A DNA stretch of 12,008 nt. Origin: Candidatus Acetothermia bacterium. GTDB taxonomy: Bacteria; Bipolaricaulota; Bipolaricaulia; M55B111. Position 1 is the first letter of the stretch; the number at the start of each line of letters is the position of its first letter. The position numbers were made by a program, and so were the translations under genes. The notes under the pieces are model-generated. The model was given only the letters and a program-made list of their open reading frames with translations. It made no database searches and was not told the origin of the DNA. Of the stretch, positions 1 to 8,048 are shown in pieces. The stretch spans positions 1 through 12,008 of the forward strand of contig JBKGZT010000041.1 in NCBI GenBank assembly GCA_046543235.1, written 5' to 3'.

Positions 1-62
1 AAATCCAGAATTGACCGTTAAGCTGCCCGAGAAACGGCTACGGCTGAAGGGAGGCAGGTGTA

Positions 63-108
63 AATTATTACCGAAAACTTTCCAGTAATTATTGTTGAAG
101 ACTTTCCA
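63..108 (+). repeat. Tandem imperfect direct repeat (putative IS21 L1/L2 transposase-binding sites)
   Basis: AATTATTACCGAAAACTTTCCA (63-84) and AATTATTGTTGAAGACTTTCCA (87-108) are identical at 18 of 22 positions. Confidence 0.75.
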
Positions 109-186
109 CCCTGGAAAATATCTTACAATTCTCTAACTGGGTAGATCTTACCACAGTTAAACCTACCCAAGTTGGAGGAAAGAGTA

Positions 187-275
187 ATGTTGAAGAAGGT
201 GGAAAGAGTTCGTTCAAGTTGTTAAAAGGTAAAGGTGTCAATATATCGGAGATATCCCGGCTGACGGATAGGAAC
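187..275 (+). pseudogene. istA: Frameshifted N-terminal fragment of an IS21-family transposase (IstA HTH)
   Basis: ATG 187 reads MLKKVERVRSSC* (stop 223-225). The shifted frame from 213 reads FKLLKGKGVNISEISRLTDRN, resembling the IstA N-terminal HTH pattern L..KG.SISEIAR.TG.DRKT. Similarity is lost after about 275. Confidence 0.55.
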
Positions 276-514
276 TGTCCGCCGGGCACTCCAATAATCT
301 ACAGGTTGTTTGGGATGGACCCTCTTTTTTAAAGGATAAGTGATTACCGGCTGGTTTGATAATAGAAATTCGTTGAAGATGTCCCGCATTGCTACCTCGT
401 TTACCTGATGGAGAAGGATGGCGGCTCTCTTTGGGTTACAAAACATCTCGAATAGTGGGCTATGCTAAGATGTGTTATTCCTCAAGGTTTGACATCCTAT
501 CAAGGGAGCGGAAG

Positions 515-2809
515 TTAGCTTGTCTCTGTCTTTGCAAAGTACTTTCTATCCGGACCGGGCCAGTATTTTTCTCCTGTTACGACAAATCCGTCTTTTAGCC
601 TTATGTCTTCCGAAGAACTTCCAATCATGACGGTAAATTCCCCTGGTTCAACTACCGGATTTCCTTCTCTATCGCGAAAAGATAGAAGATCTGTAGATAA
701 AAGAAAAGAGACCAGCCTTTCCCCGCCCGGTTTAATTCTAACTTTCTGAAAACCTCTGAGCTCTCTTTCCGGCCGAGTGATGCTGGCGTATTCGTCTCTC
801 AGGTACAATTGAACCACCTCTTTGCCGGGCAGGTCGCTAGTGTTGGATATCCTACAGGTAATCTTTATATTCCCAGGGGGTTTGATTCTTTCCGGCACTA
901 TTCGTAGCTTAGAATATGAGAACTCAGTGTAGCTTAAACCGTGACCGAAAGGATAAAGGGGACGATTGGGTGTAAAAACGTAGTGTCTTTTCTTGGATAG
1001 TCTCCTCCTCCTGTAGTACATCGGGGTCTGTCCGACGCTTCTAGGTACGGAAACCGGTAATTTTCCGCCCGGATCGCTCTTCCCGAACAATACGTCGCCG
1101 ACGGCGTTACCTCCTTCTTCTCCAGGGAGCCAAGCTTCTAATATTGCCTCCACATTATTTTCGAGCCAGGGAACAGAAAGAGGTCGCCCATTAATGAGTA
1201 CCGTTACAATCGGAGTATTGGTCCGTTTTATTTCTTTCAAGAGATCCAGCTGGACCCCAGGTAACCTTAGGTCAGTCCGATCACTACCTTCCCCCGTCGT
1301 GTGGGGGTACTTTTCTTTCGGGTTTTCAGGATCAACTAGCCCAAGCCCCGACTTCCCACCGACAACGACTATAACGAGCTCGGATTTTCTGGCTACCTCC
1401 AATGCGGAATCGAAATCGTCTTTCGAGTCTCCTTTCACTTTACAGCCTTCAGCGTAGCTCACGTCGGTCTCACTCGATACGCTGTTCCTTATTCCTTCAA
1501 GAACGGTAGTAACGGGGATTGTATCTTCTTCGCTCTCCACGTGAACGCTGTAGGCGTAATCCCCGAGCAGGTTTCGGGTTGAATCCGCGTTGGGACCGAC
1601 AACCCCGATCAAATCGAGGTCGTTTCTCAGGGGAAGCACGTCCCCTTCATTCTTTAATAACACCATTGATTCGCGCGCCGCTTTCCTTGCCAGCCGCCTC
1701 TGTTCGACTGTCTCGAAATAAGTATTTACTTGCTCTTCGTCAACAATATTATCTCCATCCAGGAGACCTTTCTTGAGCTTGGCTCTGAGTACCCGCCTTA
1801 CCGCTCGGTCCAGTGTTTTTTCTGATAAAGACTCATCCGCTAAGGCGGTGGATATTTTATCATCGTAACATTCGGTGACAGGCAGTTCGACGTCCAAACC
1901 GGCCTTCATGGCCATAATAGCTGCTTCCTGTTTGTCTTTTGCCACTCGATGCTCCGTATTTAGCATTCTGATGCTGTGATAATCGGAGACAACGATTCCG
2001 TCAAAGTTCCATTCATCTCTAAGGAGCTCGGTCAACAGTTGTTTTGAGCAGGCGCAGGGGACTCCGTCCAGGTCGTGGTAGGCGTTCATAACTGCCCTAA
2101 CGTCTGCCTCTTTTACTGCTACTTCAAACGGAAAGAGGAAATTTTCTCTAAGCTCCCGCCGGGCTAGGTTGACGGGGCAGTGGTTCCTGCCGCCCTCCGG
2201 TAAGCTGTGACCTCCTAAATGTTTTGCTGTCGCATTGATTCCCTCTTTTGGGTCCGAACCCTGCAGTCCCTGAATGTAAGCCTTTCCTAAAACTGCAACT
2301 AGGTACGGATCCTCTCCAAATGTCTCCTCCACCCTGCCCCAGCGAAAATCTCGGGCTACGTCCAGCACTGGAGAAAGGGCCTGATGAGTTCCGATTGCTC
2401 TGAGCTGGTTCCTTATTTCGGTAGTTATTTCCTTGACCAACTCCGGCTTCCAGCTACTGGCTAAACCAATGATCTGCGGATAAGTGGTTCCTCCGGCACC
2501 CATGTACCCACTTAAGCACTCCTCGTGAAGGATTGCGGGCAAGCCCAACCTAGTTTCCTGTTCCAGGAATTCCTGTATTTCGTTAGCTAGCCTCGCTGTT
2601 TCCTTGGGAGGCAAGTCGCTACCACCACCGGGTCTGGAGATTTCTCCCATGCCCTCGGAGAGAAATTCACGGGCTTTCTCTCGCGAGAATTCACCGTTTT
2701 CCTGGAGCTTATCGGGAGTAACCGAGCCAAGTTGGGCAATTTTTTCTTTGACTGTCATTCTTGATAGTAATTCACTTATTTCTTCTTCATCGGCTTTACG
2801 GGAAACCAT
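515..2809 (-). CDS. Glycoside hydrolase family 3 beta-xylosidase/beta-glucosidase with C-terminal fibronectin-III-like domain, cytoplasmic
   Basis: 764 aa. GH3 motifs HEECLSG, RDFRWGRVEETFGEDP, KHLGGH, VVSDY (nucleophile Asp), SMVLLKNE, AWLPGEEGG, PFGHGLSYT, GKEVVQLY. The N-terminus recalls Thermotoga GH3 beta-xylosidases. SD AGGAGGT at 2814-2820 (- strand). No signal peptide. Confidence 0.95.
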   Translation of the reverse strand: MVSRKADEEEISELLSRMTVKEKIAQLGSVTPDKLQENGEFSREKAREFLSEGMGEISRPGGGSDLPPKETARLANEIQEFLEQETRLGLPAILHEECLSGYMGAGGTTYPQIIGLASSWKPELVKEITTEIRNQLRAIGTHQALSPVLDVARDFRWGRVEETFGEDPYLVAVLGKAYIQGLQGSDPKEGINATAKHLGGHSLPEGGRNHCPVNLARRELRENFLFPFEVAVKEADVRAVMNAYHDLDGVPCACSKQLLTELLRDEWNFDGIVVSDYHSIRMLNTEHRVAKDKQEAAIMAMKAGLDVELPVTECYDDKISTALADESLSEKTLDRAVRRVLRAKLKKGLLDGDNIVDEEQVNTYFETVEQRRLARKAARESMVLLKNEGDVLPLRNDLDLIGVVGPNADSTRNLLGDYAYSVHVESEEDTIPVTTVLEGIRNSVSSETDVSYAEGCKVKGDSKDDFDSALEVARKSELVIVVVGGKSGLGLVDPENPKEKYPHTTGEGSDRTDLRLPGVQLDLLKEIKRTNTPIVTVLINGRPLSVPWLENNVEAILEAWLPGEEGGNAVGDVLFGKSDPGGKLPVSVPRSVGQTPMYYRRRRLSKKRHYVFTPNRPLYPFGHGLSYTEFSYSKLRIVPERIKPPGNIKITCRISNTSDLPGKEVVQLYLRDEYASITRPERELRGFQKVRIKPGGERLVSFLLSTDLLSFRDREGNPVVEPGEFTVMIGSSSEDIRLKDGFVVTGEKYWPGPDRKYFAKTETS

Positions 2810-3086
2810 TCGTACCTCCTGTTTGGAACAAACCTATCAAATTTCGCAAAACGAGCAGTCACAAAAATTCCTGGCCAATCTCGCCCAAAAATAGATACCC
2901 TTCAAGTTCCTGATACGCCCAGACCTGTAAAGTCATTACGTTATATCGTCCTCACCTCAAGCCGGTTCGGATCCTCGGGAATTTCAGAAGAAAGCTAGTC
3001 AAGCCAGATACAAAGGGTTCTCGGATTATTGCGCTTTTTTAAGTACCGCCTCGAAAAACCAGGGACGAGAAAACCGAAAAATTGAT

Positions 3087-3115
3087 TTGATAATATCCCG
3101 AACTTTTTTTATATT
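3087..3115 (+). promoter_or_regulatory. Putative sigma70-type promoter for the LacI/ABC/GH1 operon
   Basis: TTGATA (3087-3092), 17-nt spacer, TATATT (3110-3115), with an A-rich upstream segment, about 105 nt before the repressor start. Confidence 0.6.
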
Positions 3116-3116
3116 T

Positions 3117-3132
3117 ATGATAGGGCTTTCAT
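3117..3132. promoter_or_regulatory. Putative LacI-family operator O1
   Basis: Imperfect palindrome ATGATAGGGCTTTCAT, one change from TGAwAGCGCTwTCA. It lies immediately after the -10 box and covers the predicted +1. Confidence 0.6.
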
Positions 3133-3174
3133 GGTTATTTTAAGAGATAAAAGCTAAGTTTTTAAAGTAATACT

Positions 3175-3188
3175 TGTAAGCTTTAACA
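3175..3188. promoter_or_regulatory. Putative second LacI-family/cre-like operator O2
   Basis: TGTAAGCTTTAACA fits TGwAAnCGnTnwCA except that the central G is T. It lies in the leader, 57 bp centre-to-centre from O1. Confidence 0.4.
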
Positions 3189-3221
3189 GGAGTCAAAGTT
3201 GCGAAGTTAAAGGAGGTTACT

Positions 3222-4229
3222 TTGGCCGACACGCTCGATGAAGTTGCGGAGATAGCTGGTGTCTCTCGTGCTACCGTATCGCGGGTTGTAAACAATAGTC
3301 AAAAAGTCAGCGGTGACACTAGAGAGAAGGTGGTGAAGGCGATAGAAGAATCTGGTTATCAGCCTCATGCGGTAGCCCAAAGCTTGGCGAAAAACGAGAC
3401 TGGCATCATTGGCCTCGTAATACCAGAGTCGGTTTCTCGGCTTTTTTCGGATCCCTTCTTTGCACCACTAATCATGACAGTTACTGAAGAGTGCAATGAG
3501 AGAGGATACGAGCTTATGCTTTCCCTCCTGACTACCCCAGACCAGGAGGAAGAGCTTTATGGGGACATCGTCAACAATAGTTTTTTGGATGGTCTGCTCT
3601 TCGCTTCTACCCCACTGGAAGACCCCTTGGTGGATGAGTTACTCCGAGATGAAATACCGTTTGTCTCCGTCGGGCGGAACCCGAACGAACAAGTGAATTA
3701 TGTTGATGCGGATAACTACGGCGGAGCCAGACAGGCAACCGAGTACATGCTGGAGCTCGGCCACGAAAAGATTGGCACGATAACCGGTCCCCTGGATCAG
3801 GCCGCTGCCCTCGACAGGCTGGAGGGTTATAAGGATGCCCTTCGAGATGCGGGTGTGGGAGTGGAGTCGAGCTTGATTTACGAAGGAGATTTTACGGAGG
3901 AAAGCGGGGTCAGAGGAGTGCAGGAGTTACTTGGAAACCTTGTCTCGGCGATCTTTGTTGCAAGCGACAAAATGGCCATCGGTGCGCTAAAAGCCTTAAA
4001 GAAAGCCCGGAAGGAAATTCCGGAGGACGTTGCGCTCGTCGGATTCGATGACATTTCCGCTTCTTCTGCCGTTGAGCCCCCCCTGACCACGATCTCCCAG
4101 CCTGTAGAAAAGATGGCTGAAACAGCCGTTCGTATACTCGAAGCAAAAATGGAACAAGCCTCCGGGCAGGAAGCCGAACCGATAAGAGAGGTTCTGGATA
4201 CGAAGCTAATAGTGAGGGGTTCCACGTGA
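3222..4229 (+). CDS. LacI-family transcriptional regulator
   Basis: 335 aa. HTH TLDEVAEIAGVSRATVSRVVN, hinge YQPHAVAQSL, ligand-domain motifs VDADNYGG, VGFDD, PPLTTI. TTG start with SD AAAGGAGGT at 3209-3217. Confidence 0.96.
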   Translation: MADTLDEVAEIAGVSRATVSRVVNNSQKVSGDTREKVVKAIEESGYQPHAVAQSLAKNETGIIGLVIPESVSRLFSDPFFAPLIMTVTEECNERGYELMLSLLTTPDQEEELYGDIVNNSFLDGLLFASTPLEDPLVDELLRDEIPFVSVGRNPNEQVNYVDADNYGGARQATEYMLELGHEKIGTITGPLDQAAALDRLEGYKDALRDAGVGVESSLIYEGDFTEESGVRGVQELLGNLVSAIFVASDKMAIGALKALKKARKEIPEDVALVGFDDISASSAVEPPLTTISQPVEKMAETAVRILEAKMEQASGQEAEPIREVLDTKLIVRGST

Positions 4230-4324
4230 TTCGGCGGATTTTCATATAGGAGGTGGTACTATCGACCGAAATTGATTGCGACTGGAAAAAACTAAAAAAA
4301 TGTATAAAAACGGAGTGATTTTCC

Positions 4325-6022
4325 ATGAGCAGGTCTTTCAAACTTCTTTCAATGATTACTGTTATTTTGGCGCTATCGATTTCGTTCGTTATTGCGGCTC
4401 CGGCACAGGAGAAAACCCGACGGGAACAGTCGGTGATCTACACCGGACTGACCTGGGCTCCACCGTCGAACTGGAACCCGCTTTATCACAACCCGATAAC
4501 TGGTACGGTAGGTTTGGCCTACGAACCTCTCTATCATTTCAACCCGCACAAGGACGAATGGACGCCCTGGTTGGCGGAAGAAATGGGCAAGTGGATCAAG
4601 GATGACACCTATTACGTAAAGCTCCGCGAGGAGCCCACCTGGCACGACGGGGAAAAACTAAATGCCGAGGACGTGGTCTTTACCTTCGAAATAGCAAACG
4701 AAGTCGACCTCTATTATTCGCCCATCTGGGATTACTTGGACGAAGTAGTGGCGATAACCGAACGCGAAGTGGAGTTCCGGTTCGATAGACCGAACTATCA
4801 GGAGTGGCAGACCCTCCTCTACGATATCCCGATCGTCCCTGAACACGTCTGGAGCGAGGTCCCTGAAGAAGATATAGACGACATTTCGAACAAGGACATG
4901 GTGGCAAGCGGTCCCTATACCTACGGAAGCTCCAGCGAGGATCGGATGGTTTGGGAACGGGTCGACGACTGGTGGGGCAACGACGTCCACGGTGAATTTG
5001 CGCCCAAATACATCGAGGACGTGTTGGTATACGGAAACAACATCGCACTTGGCATGCTGTTACAGGAAGAGCTGGACGTATCCAACAACTTCCTGCCCGG
5101 CACCCCGAGCGTCGTCGAGAACCCGGGTTACAACGTGACGACCTATTACGACGAAGAACCCTACCATCTGGCCGGCAATACCGGTCTGCTCTACCTCAAC
5201 ACGGAAAAACCGGGACTGGAGGATCCGGACTTCCGGCGAGCCCTCGCCTTTGCTCTCGACCCGAGCGTCATCGTGGAGCGAACCTACGAGGGCGCGGCTC
5301 AGGTCTCCGATCCGAGCGGGCTCTTTGCCGCCTGGGCGGAATACAGGAGCGAAGAGGTCGTCGACGAGTACGGCTTCGAGTACGATCCGGACCGCGCCAG
5401 GCAGATGCTCGACGAAGCGGGCTACGTGGACAGCGACGACGACGACTGGAGGGAGACGCCCGACGGCGAGGAGATTGAGTTGAGCCTGCAGGTACCCGCC
5501 GGCTGGAGCGACTGGGAGGACATCATGAGGATTGCCGCGGAACAGTGGGAAGAGGTCGGTGTCCAGGCAGTTCCGGACTTTACCGATCAATCGATTTACG
5601 ACAACGACATGTGGTCAGGCAACTTCGACGTCGTCTTCAACGACTACGAGACGCAGATAAGTGGAACGCCCTACACTTACTTCGAGGCTGTAGGGTTCGA
5701 TCAGATAGACCGAGAGCAGGTGACGAACGGGAACTTCGGGCGTTACGAAAACGAGAGGCTGTTCGAGCTGATCGACGAGTTCAACATGACGCCCCCAGAG
5801 GACGACCGGGCTTACGAGGTGGCGGCCGAAATTCAGGAGATACTGCTGAAGGACATGCCCGTCATCCCGATCCTGATCAACCCCACTTATTCCCAGTCCC
5901 TTGAGACCAACTGGACCAACTGGCCGACCGAGGACAACCCGACGGGGGTCGCCTGCGGCTGGGCCGGGATCTGGCAGATGGGTGGAGTCGAGGCGCTGTT
6001 GAACCTGGAACCAGCTGAATGA
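4325..6022 (+). CDS. ABC transporter substrate-binding protein, family 5 (OppA/DppA-like), probably binding oligosaccharides
   Basis: 565 aa. Sec signal peptide ending A-P-A with no lipobox Cys. Motifs YEPL, PWLAE, WHDGEKLNAEDVVFTF, SGPY, FRRALAFA. SD GGAGTGA at 4312-4318. Sugar specificity is inferred from the neighbouring GH1, GH3 and LacI genes. Confidence 0.93.
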   Translation: MSRSFKLLSMITVILALSISFVIAAPAQEKTRREQSVIYTGLTWAPPSNWNPLYHNPITGTVGLAYEPLYHFNPHKDEWTPWLAEEMGKWIKDDTYYVKLREEPTWHDGEKLNAEDVVFTFEIANEVDLYYSPIWDYLDEVVAITEREVEFRFDRPNYQEWQTLLYDIPIVPEHVWSEVPEEDIDDISNKDMVASGPYTYGSSSEDRMVWERVDDWWGNDVHGEFAPKYIEDVLVYGNNIALGMLLQEELDVSNNFLPGTPSVVENPGYNVTTYYDEEPYHLAGNTGLLYLNTEKPGLEDPDFRRALAFALDPSVIVERTYEGAAQVSDPSGLFAAWAEYRSEEVVDEYGFEYDPDRARQMLDEAGYVDSDDDDWRETPDGEEIELSLQVPAGWSDWEDIMRIAAEQWEEVGVQAVPDFTDQSIYDNDMWSGNFDVVFNDYETQISGTPYTYFEAVGFDQIDREQVTNGNFGRYENERLFELIDEFNMTPPEDDRAYEVAAEIQEILLKDMPVIPILINPTYSQSLETNWTNWPTEDNPTGVACGWAGIWQMGGVEALLNLEPAE

Positions 6023-6044
6023 CGGAAGGATAGAGACGCTAATT

Positions 6045-6087
6045 ACCGGGGGCCACGGTCCGGAGTTCCGGGCCGCTGGCCTCAGGT
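6045..6087 (+). terminator. Strong intercistronic stem-loop after the binding-protein gene (mRNA stabiliser or leaky terminator)
   Basis: GGGGCCA-CGGTCCGG / AGTT loop / CCGGGCCG-C-TGGCCTC, closed by ACC/GGT and followed only by a short TTTA. Confidence 0.65.
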
Positions 6088-6124
6088 TTATCGACCTAGC
6101 CGGATTCGAGGAGACCGGCAAATT

Positions 6125-7114
6125 ATGGGAAAGTATTTCGGAAAGAAGTTCTTGATCTACCTGTTGACCTTCTTCGTCGCCGTGACGATCAACTGGGTGG
6201 CCCCCCGGTTGATCCCCGGCGATCCCGTAGAGATGATGATGGCTACCTTCCGGGGACCCGCCGAGGGCCGGATCATGCTGGAACGGGAACTACGGAGGAC
6301 CTTCGGCCTGGAAGGGTCGCTGTTGCAGCAGTACGGCACGTTTTGGGCCAGGCTCCTTCGGGGAGATCTGGGGACGAGTATAACACAGTATCCCCGGCAG
6401 GTTATCGATATCGTCCGCCAAAATATAGTTTACGACATAGCTATCCTGTTCCCGGCGATAGTCCTGAGCTGGATAGTCGGGAACGAGATCGGTGCTCTGG
6501 CCGGGGATAACGAAAAGGTGGACAATTACGTCATGCCCTTCATCTACGCTCTGATCTCCTCACCCTACTTCTGGTTTGCCATTATCGTGGTCTTCATTTT
6601 TTCGCACCAGCTAGGCTGGTTCCCCACGGCTCAGGCGCACAGCGGGGGCATCGAGAGGGGCTTTAACGTGAGGTTTATCGTGGACGCGCTCAGGCACTGG
6701 TTTCTGCCTTTCATCACCATGTTTCTCGTCACTCTTGGACAATGGGCGATCGGAATGCGCAACATGATTATATACGAGGTCGAATCGAACTACTCCAACT
6801 ACCTCGAATCGCTCGGGGCGTCGGACACCCTGGTTAGACGTTACGCCTTCCGGAACGGCGTCCTGCCTCAGGTGACCGGTTTTGCGATTCAGCTGGGCCA
6901 GACCGTCTCCGGTGCCATACTTGTTCAGCAAGTATTTAACTACCCCGGGCTCGGCCATCTCATGCTCGATGCTGTGAACCAGCAGGATTTTTATCTCCTT
7001 CAGGGAGCCTTCCTCTCCTTGATCATTATGGTATTGGTGGCCAACTTCCTCGTAGACATAATCTACATGTTTATAGATCCCAGGATTAGGGTCTCTTACA
7101 CCGAGGAGGCATGA
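6125..7114 (+). CDS. ABC transporter permease, OppB/DppB-like
   Basis: 329 aa. Hydrophobic helices with PRLIPGDP, LLRGDLGTS, FNYPGLG and IDPRIR motifs. Stop overlaps the next start (ATGA, 7111-7114). Confidence 0.94.
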   Translation: MGKYFGKKFLIYLLTFFVAVTINWVAPRLIPGDPVEMMMATFRGPAEGRIMLERELRRTFGLEGSLLQQYGTFWARLLRGDLGTSITQYPRQVIDIVRQNIVYDIAILFPAIVLSWIVGNEIGALAGDNEKVDNYVMPFIYALISSPYFWFAIIVVFIFSHQLGWFPTAQAHSGGIERGFNVRFIVDALRHWFLPFITMFLVTLGQWAIGMRNMIIYEVESNYSNYLESLGASDTLVRRYAFRNGVLPQVTGFAIQLGQTVSGAILVQQVFNYPGLGHLMLDAVNQQDFYLLQGAFLSLIIMVLVANFLVDIIYMFIDPRIRVSYTEEA

Positions 7115-8046
7115 CCGTGATCGATACTGAAGTAGAGCTGGGATCCGAGAGAGGCTTGTTCGAACGGCTAAAAAAACTTCTGGGGCGGATAAGGGACAAC
7201 GAGAACCTGCACTTCATCTTTACCACTCCCCGGGTAATCTTCGGGATTTCCCTGTTCACGGCGGTCTGTCTTTTCGCACTGCTGGGACCGGCCTTTGCCC
7301 AGTACGAGCTGACCGAGTTTGCCGGCTCCGGCTCTTCGGTTAGCGCTGCGGCTCCCAGCTGGGAAAACCCCTTTGGGTTGACCATCCTCGGCCACGACGT
7401 ATACACCCGGACCGTTTACGGCCTCCGGTCGACGATCCTGGTCGGATTCGTGGGTAGCATCCTGGCAAGCAGCATCGGGATTGTTATCGGCCTGGTGGCC
7501 GGGTACATAGGGGGAATGGTAGACGAATTCCTCATGGGGATAACCAACGTCTTCCTCACGTTCCCCCAGCTGGCGATACTCATAGTTGTGGCGGCCTACC
7601 TTCCCTATCGAGGGGTGGTGCATATGGCCGTGCTGGTTGGGTTGATTATTTGGCCGTGGACGGCCCGGGCGGTGAGATCGCAGACACTGTCCATCAAAAA
7701 CGAGGAGCACGTGGAGCTGTCCCGGATGTCCTCCAATGGTGTCTTCCGGATTATGTTCGAGGACATCGCCGCCAACATGTTCTCGTATATCTTCATGGTC
7801 TTTATCCAGCAGTTCCTGGGCACGATTATGGCTACGGTCGGTCTTGAATTCCTCGGGCTCGGACCAACGCGGGGTGTATCGCTGGGGCTGGTCATGCAGC
7901 GGGCCCTGACCAACGGGGCGCTCTACCTCGGCTACTGGTGGTGGGGCATTCTCCCCGGTCTGTTCATCATGCTTTTGCTGTTTTCCCTGTACTTCATCAA
8001 TACCGGGCTCGACGAGCTCTTTAATCCGGAATTGAGGGAGATGTAA
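7111..8046 (+). CDS. ABC transporter permease, OppC/DppC-like
   Basis: 311 aa. Motifs PSWENPFG..LGHDV, ARAVRSQTLS, LEFLGLG, WWWGILPG, FNPELR. SD GAGGAGG upstream. Confidence 0.94.
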   Translation: MTVIDTEVELGSERGLFERLKKLLGRIRDNENLHFIFTTPRVIFGISLFTAVCLFALLGPAFAQYELTEFAGSGSSVSAAAPSWENPFGLTILGHDVYTRTVYGLRSTILVGFVGSILASSIGIVIGLVAGYIGGMVDEFLMGITNVFLTFPQLAILIVVAAYLPYRGVVHMAVLVGLIIWPWTARAVRSQTLSIKNEEHVELSRMSSNGVFRIMFEDIAANMFSYIFMVFIQQFLGTIMATVGLEFLGLGPTRGVSLGLVMQRALTNGALYLGYWWWGILPGLFIMLLLFSLYFINTGLDELFNPELREM

Positions 8047-8048
8047 CT

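Larger units (their letters stand above)
59..275 (+). mobile_element. Degenerate IS21-family insertion sequence remnant (left end plus start of istA)
   Basis: Starts TGT at 59, followed by two tandem 22-bp repeats with a 24-bp period (63-84, 87-108), then SD GGAGG 174-178, ATG 187 and a frameshifted HTH-like peptide. This layout matches IS21-family left ends (TG terminus plus repeated transposase sites). No right end or istB is seen in the window. Confidence 0.65.

Noticed and set aside
21..60. Small nested hairpins with GAAA and CTGAAG as a ribozyme or riboswitch
   Set aside because: The stems are short, no complete consensus is recognisable, and the context is cut by the window edge.
63..93. 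31-bp imperfect palindrome AATTATTACCGAAAACTTTCCAGTAATTATT as a repressor operator
   Set aside because: It arises largely from the AT-rich tandem repeat units and is better explained as part of the IS21-like end. No regulated gene start is nearby apart from the istA stub.
63..108. Repeat pair as a CRISPR array
   Set aside because: Only two units, 2 nt apart, with no spacers and no cas genes.
89..598. Short ORFs 89-289 (-), 222-446 (-) and 389-598 (+)
   Set aside because: No recognisable motifs, and they overlap the IS relic or the GH3 3' end.
2821..3080. Promoter for the divergent GH3 gene
   Set aside because: There are -10-like hexamers on the - strand (e.g. TATAAC at 2940-2945), but none has a correctly spaced -35.
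5435..5446. (GAC)4 microsatellite as a phase-variation tract
   Set aside because: It is a short in-frame Asp run in an acidic loop.
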